NCBI RefSeq assembly: GCF_002237445.1
Contig: NZ_CP022527.1
Coordinates: 2,063,134 to 2,095,133, forward strand
Direction: 5' to 3'
DNA: 32,000 bases
From: Neisseria sp. KEM232
GTDB taxonomy: Bacteria; Pseudomonadota; Gammaproteobacteria; Burkholderiales; Neisseriaceae
Part shown: piece by piece, positions 9,045 to 16,983 of the stretch
How the letters are laid out: every line of letters begins with the position of its first letter
How positions within the stretch are numbered: position 1 is the stretch's first letter
Position numbers and translations under genes: made by a program
Notes under the pieces: model-generated
Database searches by the model: none
What the model was told of the DNA's origin: nothing
What the model saw: the letters and a program-made list of their open reading frames with translations, nothing else

Positions 9045-10766
9045 TTAAAGCTCCCTGATGGCGGCAAATGCGGTGAACGAGCAACTTATCATTGTGCCGA
9101 GTATGGCAATAGGCCTAATCAGACGGGCAACTTTGCATAAAAAATCGTAACTTATCTCAAATTTGCCCAATGGTCCGAACTCAAATGACAGAGGCGCGGG
9201 ACAAGTGCCGTCGGTGCTGAATATGTCCAGGGGGCGAAGGGTCATATCTATTGCGTTGGTCGGTATGCTCAAATCCTCATAATCAGTGTTGCCCAAATCT
9301 TGACAGTAAGCAGATGTCGGGTTCTGTTTGCAAAACTCTTGCCGTTGCTGGTTCTGTTCGGGCGTGCTTGGATTTTGATTTTGGCCGTTGGGGTTCTGCG
9401 GCACGTTCTCGCCCGGGGTGTTCGGCACAACCTGTTCCCGCGTTGGCGCTTGGCTGGAATCGGGCTTGAGGTCGGGACGCGGGATAATGTTTGTTGTGAT
9501 GCTACCATCTGAATTAATGGTTACCTGCGTTTGCTGGGCTTGGCCGCTGCCCTGCGGGGTGTAGGGGGCGGATTTGGCGGTGGTCTGGTTGTATGTAATG
9601 TTGGTTGTGGACTCAGATACAACGTTGCCCATCATGGACAACTGGCGCATGAGTTCTGCGTGGTTGGTTTGGTTGCTCTCAAGCATGCGGCGCAGGATGT
9701 CGGCTATTTCGGATTCGGTCAGTGGCAGATTAGAGGTGTCGGGTTTGTATTCGGGATAAGATTCTCCATCCCATTTTTTAAATGACAAGAATGCTGGTAC
9801 AAAAGACTTATCAGGGATGGTTTTAGGGGCGTATTTGTTAAGGCTGCTTTCCGGTTGATGATAACTGTATAATTTTCCATCGTTATAACTGAGTGATACC
9901 GCTATGTCTGTCGGTCGCTGGTCTGTATATAAGAGTGCGGTCTCATGACCTCCGACTCCGTGATAATTAAACGTTAAAACCCATATCGTTTTTCCTTCCG
10001 CCTGCTTTTTAACGGCTTCTTGTTGTTGTGTTTCTCTTGCCGCAGCTTGGGCGGCTTCTTCGGCAATTTTTTTAGCTTGGGCGGCGGACAGTGCTTCGGC
10101 TAGTTTGCCTTCTCGTTCGGCTTGGGCTTGGGCGGCTTCGATTTGCTCGGTCATTTTTTCCATGTTATAGGCTTGGTGGTCGGCTAGACCTGTCTTGTCC
10201 AAAAACCGATTAATTCCATCTCCAACCCCGAAAGTTACAGAAGATAAGCCAGTTAAAACAGCACCAAAAGCATTTTCAAATCCCGTTCTAAAATCACCGT
10301 TTTTAAAAGAGTTATAAGATTTAATCGAATAATTAGACCCTAAAGCCGAATCTAACGCGGTAATGGCGGATAGTGCCACAGTGCCTTTTTTTACTAATTT
10401 ATCGACAGCAGACGTCTGACTGACAGACGTCTGCAAGTTGACCTTTTCGCCGTACTTACCCGTCACGGTGACATTTCGCCCCTGCGTCCCCGTGATGTTG
10501 CCGCCGTCTTTCTTGACAGTCGGTTTGCCTCTGTTGGTTTCTTGGACGCGCCACACGCCTGTTTTGGGGTCATATCCCATGTTCTTCAGGGCGTTTTCGC
10601 TCGGGAATCCCGCGCTGTGCGGGGCGGTCGGCGGCGGTGTGGGGACGTCTGCCCATGCCGCCAGCGGGCTCAACGCAATGCTTGCACCAGTAAATACAAG
10701 GACAGCGAGATGATGAGGTTTGGCAATGCGCCTAGTAAAAATTCGGTTTCGGGTGTCATTATTCAT
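9045..10766 (-). CDS. tspB: TspB-like / pIII-like phage adsorption protein
   Basis: 573 aa from MNNDTRNRIF. It has a signal peptide (ALSPLAAWA), an Ala/Glu/Gln-rich coiled segment, a Gln/Asn/Pro-rich linker, a Cys-containing C-terminal domain (CPAPLSFEFGPLGKFEISYDFLC) and a terminal TM anchor. Position and architecture match ORF6/TspB of Nf phages. Confidence 0.7.
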   Translation of the reverse strand: MNNDTRNRIFTRRIAKPHHLAVLVFTGASIALSPLAAWADVPTPPPTAPHSAGFPSENALKNMGYDPKTGVWRVQETNRGKPTVKKDGGNITGTQGRNVTVTGKYGEKVNLQTSVSQTSAVDKLVKKGTVALSAITALDSALGSNYSIKSYNSFKNGDFRTGFENAFGAVLTGLSSVTFGVGDGINRFLDKTGLADHQAYNMEKMTEQIEAAQAQAEREGKLAEALSAAQAKKIAEEAAQAAARETQQQEAVKKQAEGKTIWVLTFNYHGVGGHETALLYTDQRPTDIAVSLSYNDGKLYSYHQPESSLNKYAPKTIPDKSFVPAFLSFKKWDGESYPEYKPDTSNLPLTESEIADILRRMLESNQTNHAELMRQLSMMGNVVSESTTNITYNQTTAKSAPYTPQGSGQAQQTQVTINSDGSITTNIIPRPDLKPDSSQAPTREQVVPNTPGENVPQNPNGQNQNPSTPEQNQQRQEFCKQNPTSAYCQDLGNTDYEDLSIPTNAIDMTLRPLDIFSTDGTCPAPLSFEFGPLGKFEISYDFLCKVARLIRPIAILGTMISCSFTAFAAIREL

Positions 10767-10780
10767 TTCCGTATTCCCGC

Positions 10781-11068
10781 CTATCTGATTAGGCCGATGG
10801 CTTTGATTAAGATGATGATGCAGACAAGGACTACTGTGGTTTCCAGTATGTACGCGCCTGCGGCTTTGCCCATGTCGTAGTGTTGGCCGTATTCGCATTT
10901 AGGGAGGTTTAGAGCTACTGTCTGCCCGTCGTATTCCCAGCGGTTGCCGTTAAAAACGGGGTGTTTGAGCACCCCGTCTTTGTCTATGGCCGGTACGACT
11001 TGGGTCATCAATTCGTTTTCAGCTTCTGCTTTCGTTTGGTAGCAGATGCGTCCTACCTGATAACCCAT
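10781..11068 (-). CDS. Phage minor structural protein (C-terminal TM anchor)
   Basis: 95 aa from MGYQVGRICYQ, ending in the hydrophobic stretch TTVVLVCIIILIKAIGLI. It sits directly after the major coat gene. Confidence 0.5.
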   Translation of the reverse strand: MGYQVGRICYQTKAEAENELMTQVVPAIDKDGVLKHPVFNGNRWEYDGQTVALNLPKCEYGQHYDMGKAAGAYILETTVVLVCIIILIKAIGLIR

Positions 11069-11078
11069 GCCGATGCCT

Positions 11079-11303
11079 CTACGCTTGGTTAGATCCGCGT
11101 TTGCCAATGCGAACGATTGCAAAGGCAACAGCGATACCGACGACGATTGCGCCGATTTCCAAAACGCCGGATTTCAGACCGCCCAATTCGGTTTTGACCT
11201 GAGATAAAAGCGAGTTCTCCTCGGCCATTGCCAGCGCGGGCATCACGGTCATGGTTGCCACGGCGAGACCGTGGCGGTACTTGGTTTTAAGGGTTTTCAA
11301 CAT
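11079..11303 (-). CDS. Inovirus major coat protein
   Basis: 74 aa with signal peptide MLKTLKTKYRHGLAVATMTVMPALAMA. The mature ~47-aa peptide has an acidic N-terminus (EENS), a hydrophobic core (IGAIVVGIAVAFAIV) and a basic C-terminus (RIGKRGSNQA). Confidence 0.8.
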   Translation of the reverse strand: MLKTLKTKYRHGLAVATMTVMPALAMAEENSLLSQVKTELGGLKSGVLEIGAIVVGIAVAFAIVRIGKRGSNQA

Positions 11304-11376
11304 AACGTTGTCCTTTTGGTTTGTTAAAAAATTTGCGGGCTGTGTGAAAGGTTCTAAAGACCGCCCGCCGAGCCTT

Positions 11377-11589
11377 TTAGCTTTTATCGCCATCCTCTTT
11401 AACAAAGAATGCGAATATCTGGAATCCGCCGCCTATTTGGTCCGTTCCCGCATTAAAAGCGTCTTCGTAGCTTTCAAACTGTCCGGCCGATTTCAGGTTT
11501 TGTGTAAAGCCCAAATCGCCGAAGGGGTCAGGGTAGATAAAATCGTGCGATTCCAAGTCCTGCACGATGAATCTTTCTAGGTATTTCAT
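11377..11589 (-). CDS. Hypothetical phage protein (70 aa)
   Basis: ORF tightly packed between the ssDNA-binding-like gene and the coat gene. No recognisable motif. Confidence 0.45.
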   Translation of the reverse strand: MKYLERFIVQDLESHDFIYPDPFGDLGFTQNLKSAGQFESYEDAFNAGTDQIGGGFQIFAFFVKEDGDKS

Positions 11590-11592
11590 GAC

Positions 11593-11904
11593 TCAGCCTT
11601 TCGGCGCGAGTTGCACCTGAAAATCTTTCAATACGGGAACCATGCCTTTGCCGGTGGAGGTCATTTCTACGGTTATCATGACTTCGCAGGGGTATTTGAG
11701 GCTGACCAGTTTGTCGAAATTGGCGCTGTCGCCGAATTTCATTTGTGCGGCAGTAAAGCCTACGGCGTTGCCGGTCTGTCCGGGCAGCGGTGTTGCCACC
11801 AGTACGGAACAGCTGTCTATTTTCGAGCCGTCGATTTCGCCTTTGAATTTTTTCGCGCCGAGAAATGTGGCGGGGTAGGTTACGACCTGATTTTGATTGA
11901 ACAT
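11593..11904 (-). CDS. Putative phage ssDNA-binding protein (gpV-like by position)
   Basis: 103-aa ORF immediately after rep, the usual position of the ssDNA-binding protein in inoviruses. Function is assigned by synteny only. Confidence 0.5.
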   Translation of the reverse strand: MFNQNQVVTYPATFLGAKKFKGEIDGSKIDSCSVLVATPLPGQTGNAVGFTAAQMKFGDSANFDKLVSLKYPCEVMITVEMTSTGKGMVPVLKDFQVQLAPKG

Positions 11905-11916
11905 GGGTTTTCCTTT

Positions 11917-13269
11917 CTAAAAGAAACAGTGGTTAAAAACTTCGGGGGTTTTGCGGTAGGTGACGAATCTTCCGTAAAACCATCTGTATGGGGCGTTCAT
12001 TCTCCTGATACGCCGCATTCTTTCGGCTTCCTGCCTTGCGATACGGTCAAGGCGTTTTTCCAAGGGTTCTAATTCTTGCAGCTTTCTTTCAACAAATGCT
12101 TCAAAGTCGTCTGCTTCCTTTCGCTGTCGAGAAATATCGCCCTCAATATCTAACAGGCGTTTGTTCCGGTCGAAATCGGAAGAAACCCTAAAATCCAGCC
12201 AGTCGGTATTCAGTTCTTCATCAATGCTGATATTGTCGTGGAGATAGCCGCCTCTTTCGGCATAACGCAGTTCGTCGAGTGAGTAGCGTTCGGGCTCTAA
12301 TCCCGTGGGGTAGCCGTTTTCAGCTTTGAGCATCTCTACAATCTCTTCGGCGCTGAGTCCGACGTCCACCATGAAATTAACGAGTTTGCCGACGGCGTTT
12401 TTTCCGTGTTTCAGTTTGTGGTCGAACGTTTGGTTTAATACTTTCTTAACGGTTTCAAACCGTTTGGCTTCGGGCATGTTGTGAAAGCTGGCGCAGATGG
12501 GGAACGCGCCGCAGAAATAAGACCCTTCGTCAATAAGAATTTCATTCGGTATGTCAATGTCGCCATAGTTGAACTGAATTTCGAATCTAACCCACTTGCT
12601 TTCTTTGTCTCCCAACTGGCGGCCTTTTTCATAGACACGGACATAGCGGGAATTTTTCAGACGGCCTATGTAAAAGGTCTTGCCGGTGCCGTCTTCTTTT
12701 CTCCATGCGGTGCCTTTACGTTCGGACTTCGGCCTCATATTGTGGTTATCGAAAAAGCCGTTATCGTGGTCTAGCTCTGCCTGTTCGGGCGTGTACTCGC
12801 CATTGAAAAAATCAATCGCCAGGTCTATGCGGGTGATGCGGGGACGGATGGCCTGTTGCAGAAAATCAAACATCCGTGCTTCCCAGCCCTCTTTTGCCAT
12901 GGAACAGCCTACGCCTTTGAGTTCGATTAATACCGTGCCGCGCTGCCCGCCGTAGTGGACTTCTCCGTAATCAACCGTTTCCGAGCCAAGTCGGAACATC
13001 ATTTCGTAAAATTTGTTACCTTTGGACTTGCATTTTCGGGTAATGCCGAATCCGAGTATTTCTTCCAGTTTGCGACTGAGGACGTACATGTATTCGTTGT
13101 CGGATACCAGCGGATGGCCTGCCGCTTTGACTAGGGTGTCTTCGTGAAAAGTGACGGTCAGCCAGTCGATAAATACTCCGTCTGTTTTTCCCCGTCTTTG
13201 CAGGACTTCCCGCAGTTTGCCGTTTCCGTCGGTGATGAAATGGGAAAAATATTCCACTTCTTCGCTCAT
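11917..13269 (-). CDS. Phage rolling-circle replication initiation protein (RstA/gpII-like)
   Basis: 450 aa from MSEEVEYFSHF. That ATG is preceded by GGAGGGAGCAA; the track ORF starts 5 codons earlier. Replication initiation factor-like core (WLTVTFHE, RIDLAIDFF, YIGRLKNSRYVRVYEKG, VRFEIQF). Confidence 0.85.
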   Translation of the reverse strand: MSEEVEYFSHFITDGNGKLREVLQRRGKTDGVFIDWLTVTFHEDTLVKAAGHPLVSDNEYMYVLSRKLEEILGFGITRKCKSKGNKFYEMMFRLGSETVDYGEVHYGGQRGTVLIELKGVGCSMAKEGWEARMFDFLQQAIRPRITRIDLAIDFFNGEYTPEQAELDHDNGFFDNHNMRPKSERKGTAWRKEDGTGKTFYIGRLKNSRYVRVYEKGRQLGDKESKWVRFEIQFNYGDIDIPNEILIDEGSYFCGAFPICASFHNMPEAKRFETVKKVLNQTFDHKLKHGKNAVGKLVNFMVDVGLSAEEIVEMLKAENGYPTGLEPERYSLDELRYAERGGYLHDNISIDEELNTDWLDFRVSSDFDRNKRLLDIEGDISRQRKEADDFEAFVERKLQELEPLEKRLDRIARQEAERMRRIRRMNAPYRWFYGRFVTYRKTPEVFNHCFF

Positions 13270-13311
13270 TTGCTCCCTCCGCATGGGATTCGGGGCTTCG
13301 GTTTTTTTGCT

Positions 13312-13337
13312 CCCCCCCTGTTAGTCTAGGGGGGGGG
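13312..13337. repeat. Homopolymer hairpin C7-N10-G9 upstream of phage rep
   Basis: CCCCCCC (13312-13318), TGTTAGTCTA, GGGGGGGGG (13329-13337). It lies 43-68 bp upstream of the rep start. Confidence 0.9.
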
Positions 13338-13415
13338 CTTTCGGCGTTGGCCGCCGACGCGCAAGGGCGCGTCTGTCGGCCTCCGCCCGAAAGCCCCTTC
13401 CTCTCTGTCAGTCAG

Positions 13416-13721
13416 TTAAAGAACATCCGCAGCCGCATCCGTGCTGTCGGGGAACAAATCCATGCAGGCCGTGTTTTCGGCTTCGCCGCCCTCACTCAAA
13501 AACGGCAGGCCGCAGCTTGTGAGAATGACGGGATAATGAAGACGGTTGTCGTCGATATGGCGGAGTGCGGCGGGAAAATCGGGAAATTCGCAGCGGAAAA
13601 CCAAGTCATGCGTTTGGTTGTTCCATCGGTACAGGCACAGGACGCTACAGTCTGCGAGGCGGGAAATCCGCCAGTAGGATGAAGCGAAAACGACGTTTGC
13701 GGTATCTTGATTTTGTGACAT
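13416..13721 (-). CDS. Hypothetical phage protein upstream of rep (101 aa)
   Basis: The ATG is preceded by AAAGGGG and third codon positions are C/G-biased like other genes here. No recognisable family. Confidence 0.5.
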   Translation of the reverse strand: MSQNQDTANVVFASSYWRISRLADCSVLCLYRWNNQTHDLVFRCEFPDFPAALRHIDDNRLHYPVILTSCGLPFLSEGGEAENTACMDLFPDSTDAAADVL

Positions 13722-13801
13722 GAAAAAGCCCCTTTCACTTGGCTGGGTTAAGGGGCGTTAAGGATTGTTTGGATACCCCCTTGAATGGGGCGCAATATAT
13801 A

Positions 13802-13840
13802 AGGCCGTCTGAAAACCGCATTCGCGGTTTTCAGACGGCC
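13802..13840. terminator. Inverted DUS pair hairpin
   Basis: AGGCCGTCTGAAAACCGC-ATTC-GCGGTTTTCAGACGGCCT, a perfect stem. Confidence 0.6.
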
Positions 13841-13909
13841 TCCCTCCGCTGTACCGCGGCCTGCGGTACAATCCGCAGCCTGCCAACGACAACAATAGAG
13901 GATTCCGAT

Positions 13910-14800
13910 ATGCACAAACCCACCGACAAGGTTTCTCCGCAGCTCAAAGCCGACATCCTGGCCGAAGCCCTGCCCTACATCCGCCGTTTCTCCGGCAACA
14001 TTTTCGTTATCAAATACGGCGGCAACGCCATGACCGAGCAACACCTGAAAGAGGGGTTCGCCAAAGACGTGGCCTGGCTGAAACTGGTCGGCATCCATCC
14101 CGTGATCGTCCACGGCGGCGGGCCGCAGATTAACGAAATGCTGGAAAAAATCGGCAAAAAAGGCGAATTCGTCCAAGGCATGCGCGTCACCGATGCCGAA
14201 ACGATGGACATTGTGGAAATGGTGCTCGGCGGCCATGTCAACAAAGAAATCGTCTCGCTGCTCAACCAAAACGGCGGCAGCGCCATCGGCATCACCGGCC
14301 GCGACGGCCACTTCATCCGCGCCAAAAAGCTGCTGCTGGACACGCCGCAAGGCCGCGTCGATATCGGCCAGGTCGGCGAGGTGGACAGCATCGACACGGC
14401 GCTGGTGCACACCGTTATCGAACGCAGCGGCATCCCGGTCATTGCCCCCATCGGCGTCGGCAGCGCGGGGGAGGCGTTCAATATCAATGCCGACTTGGTG
14501 GCCGGCAGACTGGCCGAGGAATTGGGCGCGGAAAAATTGCTGATGATGACCAACATCACGGGGGTGCTGGACAAATCCGGCCGCCTGCTCACCAAGCTGA
14601 CACCGAGCCGCATTACCGAGCTGACAGCCGACGGCACACTGCACGGCGGAATGCTGCCGAAAATCGCATCCGCCGTAGACGCCGCCACCAACGGGGTACG
14701 GGCGGTGCACATTATCGACGGCCGCATCCTGCACGCCCTGCTCTTGGAAGTGTTCACGGACACGGGCATCGGCACAATGATTTTGGGTCGGGAAGATTGA
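13910..14800 (+). CDS. argB: Acetylglutamate kinase
   Basis: 296 aa from MHKPTDKV. Motifs include [25 protein letters not shown] and NINAD. Confidence 0.92.
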   Translation: MHKPTDKVSPQLKADILAEALPYIRRFSGNIFVIKYGGNAMTEQHLKEGFAKDVAWLKLVGIHPVIVHGGGPQINEMLEKIGKKGEFVQGMRVTDAETMDIVEMVLGGHVNKEIVSLLNQNGGSAIGITGRDGHFIRAKKLLLDTPQGRVDIGQVGEVDSIDTALVHTVIERSGIPVIAPIGVGSAGEAFNINADLVAGRLAEELGAEKLLMMTNITGVLDKSGRLLTKLTPSRITELTADGTLHGGMLPKIASAVDAATNGVRAVHIIDGRILHALLLEVFTDTGIGTMILGRED

Positions 14801-14835
14801 GCAAAGCGCCGTCCCTACCCGAATTGGCGGAACAA

Positions 14836-14890
14836 AGGCCGTCTGAAAGCGCAGCTTCGGCGAAGTCAAAGCCGCGCTTTCAGACGGCCT
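14836..14890. terminator. Inverted DUS pair hairpin downstream of argB
   Basis: AGGCCGTCTGAAAGCGC ... GCGCTTTCAGACGGCCT with a 21-nt loop. Confidence 0.5.
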
Positions 14891-14950
14891 CTTCCGTTAT
14901 CCGCTAACCAACCGCGTGCCATTTATGTGGCCAAAGCATCTACGCACACA

Positions 14951-14980
14951 AAAAGCCGAACGGTTTCCCGTTCGGCTTTT
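14951..14980 (-). terminator. Rho-independent terminator directly after rpsJ
   Basis: The minus strand reads GCCGAACGG-GAAA-CCGTTCGGC followed by TTTTTGTGTG, about 20 bp after the rpsJ stop. Confidence 0.7.
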
Positions 14981-14999
14981 CTTTACCGCTGCAAGCAGA

Positions 15000-15311
15000 T
15001 TATTGGACTTTGATTTCCACGTCCACACCGGCCGGCAGATCCAGCTTCATCAGCGCATCGGTGGTTTTGTCGGTCCAATCCACGATGTCCATCAGGCGCA
15101 GGTGGGTACGGATTTCCAGCTGTTCGCGGGAAGTCTTGTTCACGTGCGGCGAACGCAGGATGTTGAAACGTTCGATTTTGGTCGGCAGCGGAATCGGGCC
15201 TTTGACAACGGCACCGGTACGCTTGGCAGTTTCAACGATTTCCTGTGCGGAACGGTCGATCAGGCTGTAATCGTAGGCTTTCAGACGGATACGGATTTTT
15301 TGGTTTGCCAT
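15000..15311 (-). CDS. rpsJ: 30S ribosomal protein S10
   Basis: 103 aa, [15 protein letters not shown]...[14 protein letters not shown], an unmistakable S10. Confidence 0.95.
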   Translation of the reverse strand: MANQKIRIRLKAYDYSLIDRSAQEIVETAKRTGAVVKGPIPLPTKIERFNILRSPHVNKTSREQLEIRTHLRLMDIVDWTDKTTDALMKLDLPAGVDVEIKVQ

Positions 15312-15330
15312 TGATTCGTTATCCTTCAAA

Positions 15331-15468
15331 TTAAGCGATTACGGTAGACACAACACCCGCACCGACGGTACGACCGCCTTCGCGGATGGCGAAGCGCAGA
15401 CCTTCTTCCATGGCGATCGGAGCAATCAGTTCGACTGTGATGGCTACGTTTTCACCAGGCATAACCCC
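15331..15468 (-). pseudogene. tuf: 3'-terminal remnant of elongation factor Tu (last ~45 codons only)
   Basis: [45 protein letters not shown] is the C-terminus of EF-Tu domain 3. Upstream sequence is a DUS hairpin and then an IS end, not tuf. Confidence 0.85.
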
Positions 15469-15481
15469 TTTTTCTGCTTTG

Positions 15482-15522
15482 AGGCCGTCTGAAAAGTCCA
15501 AAACGGCTTTTTCAGACGGCCT
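15482..15522. terminator. Inverted DUS pair hairpin at the tuf truncation point
   Basis: AGGCCGTCTGAAAAG ... CTTTTTCAGACGGCCT. Confidence 0.5.
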
Positions 15523-15554
15523 TTTCGCGTCGTATAGTGAGCCAAAATAAAAAA

Positions 15555-16298
15555 GGGGCTTAGGAAGCAAAAATCATTTTAAAGGATCATTCCGCAACAT
15601 TTTCAGCAGTACTTTGTACAAATCATCATGCCTGTGATTGAAGCGAAATTCAGTTTCTTTCAGATGCAAGTAAAACGTATGTTTTGCTACACCATGTTGT
15701 GTATCAGACGGTGTTTTGCATAACTCCAAAACGACTCAATACCGTTAATATGTTGCGCTCCACGAGCAAACTCATTTTGCCCGTGATGCACCCTAAAATG
15801 CTTTGCAAATCCCATATCAATCAAACCATGATAACCGCGCCATCCGTCAGTATTGATGACGCTCTCAATGGAGATATGGCCGCGTATAACCTTTTGTAGC
15901 GTGGCTTTGGAGGCATCGGGTACGATTTCTGTATAAACCTTATCGCCCCGTTTGAGTACCCCAAAGACGATGGTTTTACCACCAGCACCGCGTCCGCGTT
16001 TGCCACGAATACGCTTCGCACCAAAGTAGGATTCGTCAAGTTCAACAACGCCATCAAAAGGAGTTTGCTGCTCGCATTCGGCAGCTAACCGTTGCGTAAT
16101 TTTAAGAATAGCGTGTTGATACTTCTGACACTGATGCCAGTTAGTCTGGCAGTATCAGAAGCAGTCAAATCCAAGGCAAATAGCCGTAGAATTTGACGAA
16201 ATTGTGGTTCAGAAATTTTGCTGAACTTTTGGTACTTGTTTTTTAATTTCATTTCAGAAGCTTATCACTGATTTGGGTGATTTTGCTTCCTAAGCCCC
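15555..16298 (-). mobile_element. IS1016-like (IS1595 family) insertion sequence, decayed
   Basis: Terminal inverted repeats GGGGCTTAGGAAGCAAAAATCA (15555-15576) and TGATTTTGCTTCCTAAGCCCC (16278-16298). The 744-bp size fits this IS group. Confidence 0.85.
15574..16252 (-). pseudogene. IS1595-family transposase with two frameshifts
   Basis: Hand translation in three frames gives MKLKNKYQKFSKISEPQFRQILRLFALDLTASDTARLTGISVRSINTLFLKLRNG*, then LAAECEQQTPFDGVVELDESYFG...HINGIESFWSYAKHRLIHNMV*, then VAKHTFYLHLKETEFRFNHRHDDLYKVLLKMLRNDPLK*. Confidence 0.8.
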
Positions 16299-16387
16299 AA
16301 ATAAACCTTTTCAGACGGCCTCTGAGGCCGTCTGAAAGCCCGATTAAAACCGCACAAAGTTTTGCAATCCGCCCGTTTGCCCTTTTC

Positions 16388-16399
16388 AGGCAGCCTGAA
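16388..16399 (+). repeat. Foreign-dialect DUS AGGCAGCCTGAA inside the near-palindrome TTCAGGCAGCCTGAA
   Basis: Exact 12-mer read directly, 24 bp upstream of the Ivy-like gene. It differs from the resident GCCGTCTGAA core. Confidence 0.7.
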
Positions 16400-16422
16400 A
16401 AGGCTTTAACCCGTTTTATCAA

Positions 16423-16965
16423 ATGCCCGCCATGCCCCGCCTTGCCCGAATTGCCGCCGCCCTTGCCCTGATGCTGGCCGTTGCCGCGCCCGCCGCCGCC
16501 AAATCCGTAGAAATCGAATGGATAGCCGATCGCCATCTGTCCGAGCTGCTCAAAAAACCCGCCTACCAACAAGTCTGGCGCAGCCAAATCCTGTCCGAAA
16601 TCCCCGCAGAAGATCAGGCTTGGATTCAAGACGCCCTGAGTTCGAGCGGCCCCCACGGCGAAGTAAGGATAAACGGCAAACGCTATCTCGCTTCCACCCT
16701 GTGCCATCCGCACAACTGCGACGACAACAAGCTCTATATCCTGATCAACGAACAACGCGCCGTGGCGGCACACGCGCAGTTTCACGAACCGCACCGGATG
16801 CCGGCACACAGCGAACCTTACCAACGCACCGAAGCCTTCACGCTCCGCCACTACGGCCGGCCCGATAAAGCCGAAAAAGAAGCCCTGAAAGAACTGATAT
16901 TTCAGGAATGGAAAGCGGAAGCCGAAGAAAATGCCCGGCAAAAACCGGACAGCAAAAACGAATAA
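16423..16965 (+). CDS. Periplasmic Ivy-like inhibitor of C-type (vertebrate) lysozyme
   Basis: 180 aa with signal peptide (LAVAAPAAA/KS). CHPHNC matches the Ivy inhibitory loop pattern C-K-P-H-D-C, and size and layout fit Ivy. Assignment rests on the motif only. Confidence 0.55.
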   Translation: MPAMPRLARIAAALALMLAVAAPAAAKSVEIEWIADRHLSELLKKPAYQQVWRSQILSEIPAEDQAWIQDALSSSGPHGEVRINGKRYLASTLCHPHNCDDNKLYILINEQRAVAAHAQFHEPHRMPAHSEPYQRTEAFTLRHYGRPDKAEKEALKELIFQEWKAEAEENARQKPDSKNE

Positions 16966-16971
16966 ACCGTT

Positions 16972-16983
16972 TTCAGGCTGCCT
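16972..16983 (-). repeat. Second AGGCAGCCTGAA-type DUS (reverse strand), part of hairpin TTCAGG-CTGCCTG-CCTGAA
   Basis: TTCAGGCTGCCT read directly, 7 bp after the Ivy-like stop codon. Confidence 0.7.

Larger units (their letters stand above)
6042..13800 (-). mobile_element. Integrated filamentous (Inoviridae) prophage of the Neisseria Nf/MDA type
   Basis: Colinear minus-strand module: rep, ssDNA-binding-like, small ORF, major coat, minor coat, TspB/pIII-like, pVI-like, Zot, small ORF, IS110/Piv recombinase. G+C is lower than the flanks and there is only one exact DUS. The ends are provisionally set at the 10-bp inverted repeat ATATATTGCG / CGCAATATAT. Confidence 0.8.

Noticed and set aside
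10409-10434. Two copies of the palindrome CAGACGTCTG five nt apart inside the TspB-like gene.
   Set aside because: They encode the short peptide repeat QTSVSQTSA and lie within an intact ORF. This is probably a small in-frame duplication, and I cannot support a regulatory or DUS-related role.
13347-13682. A 111-aa plus-strand ORF that could be a divergent phage repressor (rstR-like).
   Set aside because: It has a non-ATG start and almost completely overlaps the minus-strand 101-aa ORF, which has a better RBS and codon bias. No helix-turn-helix pattern is recognisable.
15331-15462. The tuf stub as a functional 43-aa mini-gene (in-frame ATG with an AAAGGGG upstream).
   Set aside because: The Met is the native internal Met of EF-Tu (VMPGENV), and the fragment is only part of domain 3. 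It is most simply a remnant, and the point is noted under the rpsJ finding instead.
16249-16941. A 230-aa minus-strand ORF overlapping the Ivy-like gene.
   Set aside because: It is a Gly/Phe-rich shadow frame that starts inside the IS end. The plus-strand ORF has a signal peptide and a recognisable motif.
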